From Camelus dromedarius (Eukaryota), in contig NC_087436.1 of NCBI RefSeq assembly GCF_036321535.1, forward strand, positions 88,600,001-88,664,000: a DNA stretch of 64,000 nt. Reading direction: 5' to 3'. Position numbers and translations under genes: made by a program. Numbering within the stretch: the stretch's first letter is position 1; every line of letters starts with the position of its first letter. The notes under the pieces are model-generated. The model had not been told where the DNA came from and made no database searches. It saw nothing but the letters and a program-made list of their open reading frames with translations. Below are positions 10,445-22,880 of the stretch, one piece after another.

Positions 10445-13400
10445 AAAAGGATCAATGAAACTAAAAGCTGTTTCTTTGAAAAAATGAACAAATTGATAAA
10501 CTGTTAGCCAGACTCATCAAGAAAAAAAGGGAGAGGGCCCAAATAAATAAAATCAGAAATGAAAAATAAGTTACAACAGCACCACAAAAATAGGAGACTA
10601 CTATGAGCAACTATATGCCAATAAAATGGACAACCTAGAAGAAATAGACAAATTCTTAGAAAGGTACAGCCTCCTAAACTTGAACCAGGAAGAAATAGAA
10701 AATATGAACAGACCAATTGCAAGTACTGAAATTGAATCAGTAATTTAAAAACTCCCAACAAAAGTCCAGGACAAGATGATTTCACAGGTGAATTTAGAGA
10801 AGAGTTAATACCTATCCTTCTGGAAGCATTCCCCAAAATTGCAGAGGAAAGAACACTTTTGAACTCATTCTACGAGGCCATCATCACTCTGTTACCAAAG
10901 CCAGGCAGACACCAAAAAAAAAAAAAAAAAAAAAAGAAAGAAAGAAAAGGAAAAGAAAAGGAAGAAAGAAAATTACAGGCCAATATCACTGAAGAACATA
11001 GATACAAAAATCCTCAACAAAATACTGGCAAACTGAATTCAATAATACATTAAAAGGATCATACACCATGATCAAGGATTTATCCCAGCAATGCAAGGAT
11101 TTTTCAATATCTGCAAATCAATAAATGTGATACATAACATTAACAAATTGAAGATTAAAAATCATATGATCATCTCAATAGATGCAGAAAAAATTTCTGA
11201 TGAAATTCAACATCCACTTATGATAAAAACTCTCCAGAAAGTGGGCATAATGGGGACATACCTCAACATAATAAAGGCCATATATGACAAACTCACAGCT
11301 AACATCATATTCATCAGTGAAAAGCAGAAAGCATTCCCCTGAAGATCAGGAACAAGAAAAGGATGCCCACTATTGCCACTTTTATTCAACATAGTTTTGG
11401 AAGTTTTAGCTGTAGTAATCAGAGAAGAAAAAGAAATATAAGGGATCCGAATTGGAAAGGAAGGCGTAAAACTGTCACTGCTTGCAGATAACATGATACT
11501 ATGCATAGAAAATCCTAAAGATGTCACTGGAGCTCATAATGAATTTGGTAAAGTTGCAGGATACAAAATTAATATACAGAAATCTGTTACATTTCTATAC
11601 ACTAACAATAAAATATCAGAAAGAGAAATTAACAATCCCATTTACCATCACATCAAAAAGAATAAAATATCTAGGAATAAACCTACCCAAGGAAGAAAAG
11701 GACCTGTACTCCAAAAACTATAAGATACTGATGAAAGAAATTGAAGATGACACAAGTAGATAGAAAGATATACTGTGTTCTTGGATTGGAAGAATCAATA
11801 TTATTATTTGTTTTTAATTGAAAGCATTTTATTATCTTTCTCCAGATAGGAAGGCTTTAAGTTAGAAAAGTTTACCAAAGTTTAATATACTAATCCTTGA
11901 TTCTTCAAAACAGCCACCAGCTTTTCGGCGCTGGACACGTGGGTTACACAACCCTGTGGGACTGGAAGAATCAATATTATTAAAATGACCATACTACCCA
12001 AGGCAATCTACAGATTCAGTGCAGTCCCTATCAAATTACCAATGGTATTTTTCACAGAACTAGAACAGATAATTTAAAAATTTGTATGGAAACACAAGAG
12101 ACCCAGAACAGCTAAAACAATCCTGAGAAAGAAGAACAGAGCTGGAGGAACCGTGCTCCCTGATTTCAAACTATATTACAAAGCTACAGTAATCAAAACA
12201 GTATGATGCTGCCACAAAAACAGACACATAGCTCAATGGAACAGGATTAAAGCCCAGAAATAAACCCACACATTTATTTTCAATTTATCTATGACAAAGG
12301 AGGCAAGAATATACAGTGGAGAAAAGAAAGTCTCTTCAGTAAATGGTGCTGGGAAAACTGGACAGCTACATGTAAAAGAATGAAATTAGAACATTCTTTA
12401 ACAGTCATATACAAAAATAAACTCAAAATGTATTAAAGACCTAAATGTAAGACCAGGTACTAAGAAACTCCTAGAGGATAGCATATTCCTTGACATAAAT
12501 TAAATAGGTAGAATATTCCTTGACATAAATTAAAGCAATATTTTTTTTGGATCTGTCTCCTAGAGTGATGGAAATAGAAGCAAAAATAAACAAATGGGAT
12601 CTAATTAAACTTAAAAGCTTTTGCACAGCAAAGGAAGTCATAAACAAAATGAAAAGACAATTATTTGCAAATGATGCGACTGACAAAGAATTAATTTCCA
12701 AAATATACAAACAGTTTATACAACTCAATATCAAAAAACCAAACAACCCAATGGGCAGAAGACCTAAATAGACATTTCTTTTAACAAGCTATACAAATGG
12801 CCAACAAGCACATGAAAAGATGCTCAACATCACTATTAGAGAAGAGCAAATCAAAACTACAATGAGGTATCACTTCATACAAGCCAGAATGGCCATCAAC
12901 AAAAAGTCTACAAACAATAAATGCTGGAGAGGATGTGGAGAAAAAGGAACCCTCCTGCACTACTGATGGGAATGTAAATTGATATAGCCACCATGGAGAA
13001 CAGTATGGAGGTTCCTTAAAAATCTAAAAATAGAGTTGCCATATGATCCAGCAATCCCACTTCTAGACATATATCTAGAAAAGACAAAATCTCTAATTAA
13101 AAAAGGTTCATGCACACCAATGTTTATAGTAGCACTATTTGCAGTAGCCAAGACATGGAAGCAACCTGAATATCCATCCACAGATGACTAGATAAAGAAG
13201 ATGTGACATATACGCAACGGAATATTGTTCAGCCATATGAAAGAATGAAATAATGCCATCTGCAGCAACATGAATGGACCTAGAGATTATCATACTAAAT
13301 GAAGTAAGCCAAACAAAGACAAATATCATATGATATCACTTATATGTGGAATCTAAAAAAATGATACAAATGAACTTATTTACCAACCAGAAATATACTC

Positions 13401-13647
13401 ACAGACATAAAAAACAAACTTACAATTACCAAAGGGGAAAGTGGGGGGAGGGATAAATTAGGAGTTTGGATAAACAGATAAACAATACTATATATAAAAT
13501 ATATAAACAACAAAGTATAGCACAGGAAACTATATTTAATATCTTATAATAATCCATAATGGAAAAGAATCTGAAAGAAAAAAAAATATATGTATAACAA
13601 TCACTTCGCTGTGTATCTGAAACTAAACTATACTTAAATTAAAAAAA
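10445..13647 (+). mobile_element. 5'-truncated LINE-1 (decayed ORF2 plus 3'UTR), ~3.2 kb
   Basis: ORF2 fragments [18 protein letters not shown]...IISIDAEK and [16 protein letters not shown]1 3'UTR and A-tail; many stops and frameshifts. Confidence 0.95.
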
Positions 13648-14520
13648 GGAAAAATTTTAAGGAAGAATATGATTATTTCTATAAAAGTGAGAGAGCCTCA
13701 ATAAAAATCAACATTCATTTCAATTTCTAATTTTTTAAAATAGTAAAATAGGAATAAATGGAGATTTATTGAACAGAATCAAACATCTCTCTTGAGCAAA
13801 CAGCAGCATTATGCTTAAGTGTGAAACTCTAAAAACACTCTCAGAGCCAAGAACCACACTAGGTATCTCTAAAGACAGTTTTGATATTACAATATTAAGA
13901 CTGTTATTTATTATGTTCTGGAAGTTTTAGTCAATGTAACTAGACATCAAAGCTAGATACCGCTTTAAAAAAGAAAAGGAAAGAATTTGTGTAAGTACTC
14001 TGACTGTATTACTGAAAACAGAAATTGTTTAACAGAAAAACTATTAGAAATAATTTTTGTAAAGGTTACTTAAGGTGGCTGGTTTCAAAATAAAGAAAAA
14101 TAATTTTATGAAATAGCAAAAGCAATGAGTTAAAATATATCAAGGGAAAATTATCCTAATGACAATAGAAATGAAAATACAAAGCATCTAGGGATTAATA
14201 AGCATGTAGGATCTATATGTAGAAGCTTTTTCAAAAACATAAAGGAAAATAATTTCCCAATTTATTCTATAATTTTAATGCAAACTCCATCAAAATCCTT
14301 CTGGTTGATAAAGCAAGTTTCGGATGATGGCATTTCAAATCAGTAGGGAAAAGACAGATTATTGGTTATTGATTTAGTGTCATTTAGAATATTGACTAGC
14401 CATTTAGAAAATCTAAAGTTAAATCCCTATTTCACATCTTACACCAAGATAAATTCGAAATAGATTAAAATTTAAATATGAGAAAGGAAACCATAGAAGC
14501 AGTGGGGAAAATATGTTGGT
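13648..14520 (+). mobile_element. Older, highly decayed L1 ORF2 fragment (continues 10300-10440)
   Basis: Degenerate RT-region similarity resumes across the younger L1; cacatcttacaccaagataaattc...tagattaaa motif. Confidence 0.6.
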
Positions 14521-15593
14521 AAATAGTTATAAAGTCCGGAGTAGAATTTTGAGTATCTTTATTTTTCTATTTATACTTTCTGGTTTTTTCCTAGAATGAT
14601 TATGTATTAAGAAGGTGATTGTGTGATATAAAGAAAGTTTTTTCCTGTGTGGAACACTTAGACCAACAAGAAATTATGGGACAAGAAAGTGATTTTTTTT
14701 TCCTTCAGATCCAAGCAAAGCCCAGACTTGGTTCTATCTGACATATTGGATAATACTGTCATCTGTCCTTGTGTAATGTTACTCACATAATTTTTCTATG
14801 TTATAATGGCTAGAATAATCATATTTTCTCCTTTTCCTGGTCATAAGGCATGAGGTCTCTCAGAAAGAGTGGTCATTGATGACAATAGTAAGTCAGCATG
14901 CTGTAAATATAACCAGAATTCCAGTCTGATGCTGAAAAGAGGTCATTGAAACAATTCTCTTCTCAAAAAGTGGTTGTTTCTTTAAAAAGTACTTTAATTA
15001 TATTTTAAAATATATGCACACTTTTATTAACAAACATCACAAAAATTCTGTTTACTATTTATTGACTACTGGCTATTATTTCCATCAGCTGTTTGAATGC
15101 TAGGGTGAAATAAAGAGCACTATTTATTGCTATCCTCACGAAGATTTAACATTTTACAGAACAAAGTGTGTTTTATACATTTCCCCACCTCAAATGACTT
15201 CTTACATTCTTTTTCTCTCTTTTTTTTTTTTTTTTTGGTTTTTGCTTTTCTATTTTATTCATGACATAGACAAGCTTCCTGCCAAAACCCAGAGATCAGG
15301 GATAGAAAAATAACAGAGGAAAAATCTCCAAGGCATAAAATAAAAGCTCGGAGTGCAAGCTAGGTGTGTGTGTTGTAGGGGGAGGGGAGGGATGGATGAA
15401 TGAGTGGCCATGGAGGATAAGGTGGAAGTATGGGACCTATTGAAGTTGTCCAGCACCCCAGGTCATCCTCTCAGCATGTTGACCTTCTTTGGGTCTTCAT
15501 CAGAGGGACCCATGGCAAGTGACCTTCAATATAAGAGCTGATAAACATTGGCAGTGTTCTTGGAGCCCATGAACACATACTGGGCTTTTGTTT

Positions 15594-16029
15594 TGTTGAC
15601 TGAAAAAAAAAGACAACCTAAAAGGTGAGAATTATATTTTATTCAGGGACATTACTGAAGATTGTAGCCCAGGAAGGCAGCCTCTCAGATAGCTCTGAGG
15701 GACTGATCCAAAGAGGTAAATGAGGAACCAGGATACATAGGGGTTTTTGATGAAAAAAATCATGTAGTTGAACATCAAAAGATTACTACTAATCACAAAA
15801 ACCAGACATCTCTAGTTAATGATTTTAGTGCTTTTCTGTGTATGGGAAGAGTCAACAGTTTGGGTCATTGAAATTATTCCTTTGATAACATCTTAACTAT
15901 CTAGGGCCATTATCCTATTTTTCCTACCCTTGGAACCACCTACCCTGGTGGCTGCAGTGGCTAATGGCTTGATGGCGGGCAACATTCATTTGTTGTTTAA
16001 CAGAAGGGCAGGCAACATCTTTGTTTACA
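15594..16029 (-). mobile_element. Solo LTR (ERV1-like)
   Basis: TG...CA ends, minus-strand AATAAA (~15638), ggcagcctctcagatagctctgag motif; no clear TSD. Confidence 0.6.
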
Positions 16030-16060
16030 GAAGTGCCAGGCAACAATTTTTTGTCCTCAG

Positions 16061-16660
16061 TTTCCTTTTGTTTTCCTGCTGACACCTGCACTTTATTAGT
16101 GGGGAGCCTTGGTCTGGGAGAGGGGGTGCTGATATGGACACTTAGTGCCCATCTAGGTGGAGTTTCCTGGACGTCAAGTCTTTCCTCCATGCAAGTTTAG
16201 AGGAAACATCATGGTGATGAAATCCCCAGAGGGCAGTAGTGTGACTGGTAGGGGTGGGGGTGCAGTGGTAGGAGGGGGCATGCCCTAGGCACAACTGGGC
16301 CCTGGGGACAGCAGGGCATCAATGTCCAGCTCCATGTCCATGGTCAGAAAGCAGTGGCTGTACCTGTGCACAGGCACACTGTCCGGGCCCACCGGGAACT
16401 CCTCAAAGTTCCAGGCCATATCACTGCAGCACAGCAGAGACCAAGTGAAGAACTTGCGGTAGTCAAGAGCGCAGGGGCATTGTCCCTCGGCGCTGGCAGA
16501 GCCTGGGGAAAGAAGAGGACGAGCGGGTGTGCCTGTGCCTCATTCACCTGTGTGAACCCGGGCTTGAACGTGCTGCTGGGTGGGACTTGGAGATCAGGAT
16601 CTGTTGGTTCTTGGCATTTTCCTGATCCCTGAACTGGTTGTGTGGGAAGCTGAGCACTAT
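16061..16660 (-). pseudogene. GPX1: GPX1 processed pseudogene, 5'-truncated and frameshifted, with 3'UTR, SECIS remnant, AATAAA and decayed A-tail
   Basis: Minus-strand translations [52 protein letters not shown] and [45 protein letters not shown] match GPX1 [24 protein letters not shown] ... DVAWNFEKFLVGPDG ... LLSQGPSCA*; stop 16285-16287; AATAAA 16092-16097. Confidence 0.92.
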
Positions 16661-17173
16661 ATGTATCAGAATAATTTATGGGACTTGCTAAAAAGTGGAT
16701 CAGTTTCATCTTTATTCACTCCAAAGTTTGAATACCACTCAAGACCCCCTTTTTTTTTTTCTGGATGCCTGTAGTAATTTAACTGATGACACGCATTTTG
16801 GTATTTTATTTTACTGCTTTTTTTTGGTTCCTTAATTGTTTATATGAAGGTAAGGTCCCTACAGTTTTGTTCTACACCTACATTGCCTAAATTTTCAAAG
16901 CTGGGGTAAATCCAGATTGAAAAAAAGAAAAAGAGCTCTGCACTTCTGGTACATTCTTGAATATTAAAAAAATATACAAAAACCTGGCTAGTGGTAATAA
17001 AGGCTTAGATCGTGACTGTATTCTATTAAAAAAAATTCCTACATAAAACCAGGAATAAGATTGTTATTAAGGCCTTAGAAGAATGGTAGAGTGAAACTTT
17101 TGATTACATAGTAAATATATAGTAAGTTTTCCTACTTACAAGACTTTTTTTCTCTCCAGATATCAAACTAACC

Positions 17174-17280
17174 ATGAAGAAAAATATTATCAACACATGG
17201 CACTCTTTTGTAAATATTCCCAATATGATTGTACCAGATATTGAAAAGGAAATAAGAAGGATGGAAAATGGAGCATGCAG
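17174..17280 (+). CDS. CNGA1: CNGA1 coding exon 1 (exon starts 17160 with 14 nt of UTR)
   Basis: Acceptor tctctccag|17160; acc[38 protein letters not shown]; donor ag|gtaaat. Confidence 0.95.
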
Positions 17281-18074
17281 GTAAATGCAAGCATTTTTCT
17301 ATGTATTTTTACACAGTTCTTAAATTTAACTAGGCTGAATTTTGGTTTAATTCCTTTTTTTTTTTTTTTTTTTTTTGGTGCTGGGTATGCTATTGCATCA
17401 GTTTAACTTTTAATTTGAAACCTTGAACTTTGTAATTAAGTGAATTTATACTTTTGAAGAGCATAACTTTTCTAACAAATGAATGTAAGATATTGTTGTG
17501 GTCATTCTTTAGAAGCACTTATGCCAATTATTTCCTGAGTCACTGGCAAGACCTTTCCTCATGGGACATTTCACATCTGAAGGGATAACATTGCCATAGA
17601 GAAGTGTGAAAAAAAATAGAGTCTGAAATGCTAACATGTTTTAAAAGCATAATTTAAAGTGGTTACCCTATAAATGAATAGAACTTGTGTAAATGTGGTT
17701 GAATTTATTTTTAATGGGAGGAAATGTTATTGCAAGTTAGTTCAGAAAACTGTATAATATGACCTAAAGTATAGATATCATACTTTCTATTGAATAAATA
17801 TTAACATCGATCAATGCATCAAACAATAGAAATATGAAAGACTTTGAAAGTAGTTTCTTAATTATATGTATTTTACTGGATCATGCATATACTCTATCTA
17901 ATTCTATGTATTCTGCACAGTTCTCATTTCATTCTCATTAAAAATTGTTGTCTGTGTTCATTTGAGAGGGAAGGAGAAGAGATGAGGCAGTAGTCCCCCT
18001 AATGAGAAATGTTATTCCCCAACAAGTGTTTAAGACATTAATCTAAATCATCTCTGCCTCCTGTTGGACTGTAG

Positions 18075-18191
18075 TTCCTTTTCTGATGATGATGACAGTG
18101 CCTCTATATGTGAAGACTCAGAGAGTGAAATCCCCCATGCAAGGGATTCCTTTAGAAGTAATATGCACAGGAGAGGACAACTGTCACAGAG
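18075..18191 (+). CDS. CNGA1: CNGA1 coding exon 2
   Basis: gtag|...ag|gtaagc; SFSDDDDSASICEDSESEIPHARDSFRSNMHRRGQLSQ; 117 nt. Confidence 0.95.
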
Positions 18192-19097
18192 GTAAGCAAT
18201 GTGACCTCCCCCTCCATATCTGTTTTTACACTATTATTTAGATGAAGAGATGGTGTTCTACTCCTCCACTTAGTGGGTTTGGCAAAGCCACTCGGCAGGA
18301 TCGCAGGTAAATTGCTTCTTCTGCTTCTTACCCTTTTTCTCTCTTGGGAAACTAATGGTAACTCATGTCTGTGGGGCTCCAAGTCATAAACGTTCTTGCT
18401 GATCATTTTCCCTGAGACCTGTGTCTGTCCTGTAAGAAACCTCATGCCTCAGTCCTTTCTGATTTCCTCTTCCCTTCTGATTCTTCTTCCAGAAGTGTAA
18501 GTGAGAGGGGTTAGTGGTCATTCTCTAAAATGCTCTATTGTGTTCGACCCTGCTTTCAGGGAAGTAGAGCACCAGAGTGAGCAACTAGAAGAAAAAGGCT
18601 AAAAATCCTCAGTAGGAAATGAAGCACTCATGGAACCTTCAGCTATGTGACTCTGAGGGTGCGGAAGGAGTTGGTGTGGATCAGGGGTTCCTATCCAATC
18701 AAACATACTTACTTTTTCTTTGGTTTTCTCCCTCTTTTTTTTTTTTTTTTTTCCTCTCCTGTTTCTTTTCCCACTGACCACCTTCAGCTTTCCCACTGTT
18801 TTCGTTTGTCTTTTTTCTCTTCTAAGTCTTAGATCTTTTGCTGGGAGTTAGCCACATCCAAGATGACTCACTCAGGGCATGGAAGATGTTAATGTGATGT
18901 ATTGTGAGCATTGATTAATGGGCATCTACTAATTACTTTGGTTCATGGCACTGATATTCAGCAACTCAAGCTTCACAGAGGCTCTATGTTTTAAAAAATT
19001 GCCTAGGCACTAGTTGGTAATGGGTAGAAACTGAAAAGAATTTGTTCTTTAAGACTGTTTCTTACCATGGACATTGGACACATGGTGACTATGATGA

Positions 19098-19187
<90 letters not shown>

Positions 19188-19491
19188 TAAGTACATCGAC
19201 AATTGAAAACCAAACTTTGTTTTTGAAGAAAACCCGTAAAAAGGTAGAAGCACATCTGAATCTACACAGTGGCGAAGATATTCTATTGTTTTGTCATTTG
19301 GTTATTTATCTCTGAAAAGTATGGCTACCCATGTTAAAGGTGGTATGTATATATGTATGTATATATCTGAATATGTGTAGAAAAACCATGTCTATAGCAT
19401 ACATGCAATTGCCCCTCCTTGTGGTTAGAGCTAGGGCGGCTGATAAAATAAATGAAATATCATTTTTAATTCTTCCCATTCTGAGCCCATG

Positions 19492-22400
19492 TGTCTTAGG
19501 TCAAGTTCCCCAGGGGACCGTCTTTGAGATGGAGGTTTGTATGCAGATGGTTATTGAGAGTTCTGTCAAAAACAATACCTAGAAGGGAGTTAGGGGGGTA
19601 AGACTGGGCAGACGGAGAAGTTGAACTTCAGAGAATAGAGTTGACATGCCCTGTGATCCCATGGGAAGCTCTGGAGCAGGGATGGCCCTTCCGCGTTGTC
19701 CCAGAATTAGGCAATAGGACTGGGTCTTTGTACCCATGCACAGTCATTGGATGAGGGCTGCCCCTAGGAGAGGGGGCATAACTTTGAGCATGGTGGCCTC
19801 CTTCAGCCCAGGGAAGCCAAGAGAGAGGGAAACTGTGAACTGGCAGCAACCAACACTGGATAGTGGCACTGGTCAAAGCCAAATTAGTATCCATAATATG
19901 TATTGATTCAAACCCAGGTTACTTGATGCCTCTTCCACAGTGTAATTAACTTGCCATCAAGTGACTGATTGCTTTCCTCAGGCAATGGTGCTGATTCAGA
20001 GTCATACCTAGTCACCAGCGTGAATGGGATCTCATGTGTTGGGCCTGTACATAGATAGCCTCCACCACTGCCACCATCATTGCCCCTTTCATATCCACAC
20101 TGTGCTGGCACTGGGGATGCCAGTGACAGAGGATGGCTTTGTCAGATGCTGGAGCCATTCTGTCCACTTGGTTGTTGTTGTTTTGCTCCTCCGTGGCATA
20201 TGCTATTTGATGGGCATTAACATAGGATACAAAGGTTTTTAAACCTTGTGCTCATGCTCACAAGTCCATTTGGTCTGCTTATTCTCCAGAACCATTTTTC
20301 CTGATCTTTCAATATTTTTTCATCAGGTCCCTGACCAACCAGCCAAGGCATTGTGACTACCCATGAGTTCTTGTATATTCTTAATTTGGGCCATTTATTT
20401 TTCCATACAATGAGGATAACTGGGCACTGCTTGAAACTGTGCCATTGGTAAGATTAACCTCACTGCCTTTTAAGGCCACTTCCAAGCAGGGCTGTATTGT
20501 AGACAACAGCTCATTTTGGCTTGCATCCACATGCCAAGCAGGTCTATCTGCAGATCATGTTCCATCAGCTGCTCCTACAAACCCCATATATGGCCATGGT
20601 GGGCAGGTGAGGAATAGTTTTGATGTAACAGAGGTAAATGACTTGGGGACAGGGTGCCAAGCCACCTACCCAGTCCCAGACAGACCTCTTCATCATAGGA
20701 AAGATTGCTATACAACCTTATGACTTGTTAGTTCTGACAGAATCCAGCTCACTACTTCCTGTCCCATGGTTAGATAATCCTCTTTCAGGGCCCAACCAAC
20801 ATGATGTCATTGATAGAGGTATAGCAGACCAATGTGATACCTTGAGGAAGGTCCAGATGGTCCAGGTCCCCCTAAATTATGTCATGATAGTAGGCAGAGA
20901 GTTAACATAGCCCTGGAAAATATTGCAAATACGTACTGTTTTCCACCCCGTGTGAATAGGAACTGTTTCTGATCCTCTTCCCTGATAGTGATGAAAAATA
21001 ACACATTCACCATGACTGACCCAGAACCTTAGGAATATGGTATTGATTGGGTGAGTGTTGTCTTTCACATCTGCCGCAGCGACTGCAGTTGGGGCTACTA
21101 TTTGTTTGATTTTGCAGTAGTCTCCTGCCATCCGCCAGGATCATTTGGTTTTAATAGGGGCCAGATATTGAATTAAATGGGGATGTGATGGGGAACCACC
21201 ACCCCTGCATGCATTAGGTCTTTAAGGATTGCATTTCCTTTCCTGTCCAGGATGCAATATAGTTTTTGCCAGCAGGTAGGAGGCAGCTTTACAGCTTCCA
21301 TTTGGTCCTCCCCACTATGTGAGCTCTTACTCCACAAGCCAAGGGACTAGAGGAGATGAGGGTTCTACCGAGGACCAAAAATGTCTACAAAAATGTCTAC
21401 ATTGGGGAACTGGAAAAGTGACCACAAGGCGGGGGTGTCCTTAGACCGTGTGGAGGCCTCATAAGTCATGTATCATACAGGATTCTATTACTACCAAGCC
21501 ACCCTTAAGTCCCCCATTTTAATGGAGGGCATGATGAAGCTTCAATCCCTGGGTCTCAATATTGACTTGGGTCCTATGCCAAATAATGTTTATTGTATCT
21601 AGGGAATCTTTTTTCCCCAGGAGACAGTTACCTAAGTAAATGAACGTTGGTTTTTCTTTGGAGGAAAGACGGGAAACTATTACTGAATATACTTGTCACA
21701 GTGTTGCAGAGTCCTTCTTTATGGGGGCCTGGCTTCTCCTTCAGTCAATAGTGTCGTTTCTGAGAACTAGCTCAGGTTTAGGAACTATTTAAGGAGTTGT
21801 GACTTTTTACTGGGGTAAGTTGCCATCAATCTCCTGATCATCCATTCCTGATTTTTTAAAAAAAAATTATATATGTTAAACAGTACCCTAACAAGCCAAC
21901 GGGATGCCCATCTATCTAGGAATGCAGTGCCTATTATCCTCTTCCGTAGCTCTGTGTGGGTTAAGACCCTGGCTACTGTGCTCACCTTACGCTAACTATA
22001 ATTATCAGACCCATTTCTCTTCTGATGGGTAAGCACTGTCATTGGTCTCTGTGATTTCTAGATCCTGTTGTCTGTTGCTCACAGGGAATCTAGCTCTGTA
22101 TTCAGTTTAGCATCTCTCACTATCAGCCCTGGTCCACAGAGGACAACACCACTGAGCTTCTGGTGTCCCTCTCACCTGCACATTCCTTATCGCTTTGTAC
22201 CTCTGAGCCCTCTTAGGGAACGTAATCAGTTGGTGGGCTGTTTTCCTTAATATACCCAGTTAAGTATACCACTTCTCTTTCTAACACCTTCCTCCACCAT
22301 CTGCCATGGCATTTTGTAATTTCTATTTCACTTAGTGTGAGCCATCACCTTTTCTGAGCTTCTAAGAGCCATCCAAGAAGTGCATCAGCACCACCTCCTA

Positions 22401-22880
22401 GGATCTATGCTGGGGTGTTAAATCCTGCATCATAGGAGTGTGCTCCCTTAGCAATCAATTCCACCTGATCCAGCTTTATGTTTTGTTCCTATTTGTACAT
22501 GACAACCTTAGGTGCCAAGCCCCATCTCCTTGTCAATTTTATCTCCTATTTCTCCTCAGTAGCAGTGCTCCACTTCTGCTGGGCCATTGCTACCCAGACT
22601 GAGTTCATTTGTATATTTGCACCTACAAATTTCCCTCCCTTTAACATCCTTTCTCTTCTTAACCTCTCCAACTCTTATCCATACTTTGAGGCCTGGGTTT
22701 AGACCTGCTTCCCTTTAGCAGCCTTCTCTGGCTATCTCTGTGACAATGAGATGCCCATTCATTCATATCTGAATGATACCTTTTCCCAGGACAACTGAGC
22801 CAACAACGGCAACCTACTATGACTGTCGGTCTGTCTGACTCCAGAACCCACTTTTCTGCTGAAAGGGAAAACCAACTGCG
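19492..22880 (-). mobile_element. Decayed ERVL provirus (LTR16-like LTR ~19492-19855 plus deleted internal gag/pol) in a CNGA1 intron
   Basis: Minus-strand RT-like GDYCKIKQIVAPTAVAAADV and INDIMLVGP (YIDD region); integrase-like T*WQVNYT and INTYYGY; LTR end cctaagaca. Confidence 0.8.

Noticed and set aside
10445..13647. Active or full-length L1
   Set aside because: No 5'UTR, ORF1 or endonuclease domain; ORF2 is broken by many stops and an insertion
16344..16709. 121-aa minus ORF as a novel protein or functional GPX
   Set aside because: Only its middle is in the GPX1 frame; frameshifts, deletions and loss of the Sec region mark a pseudogene
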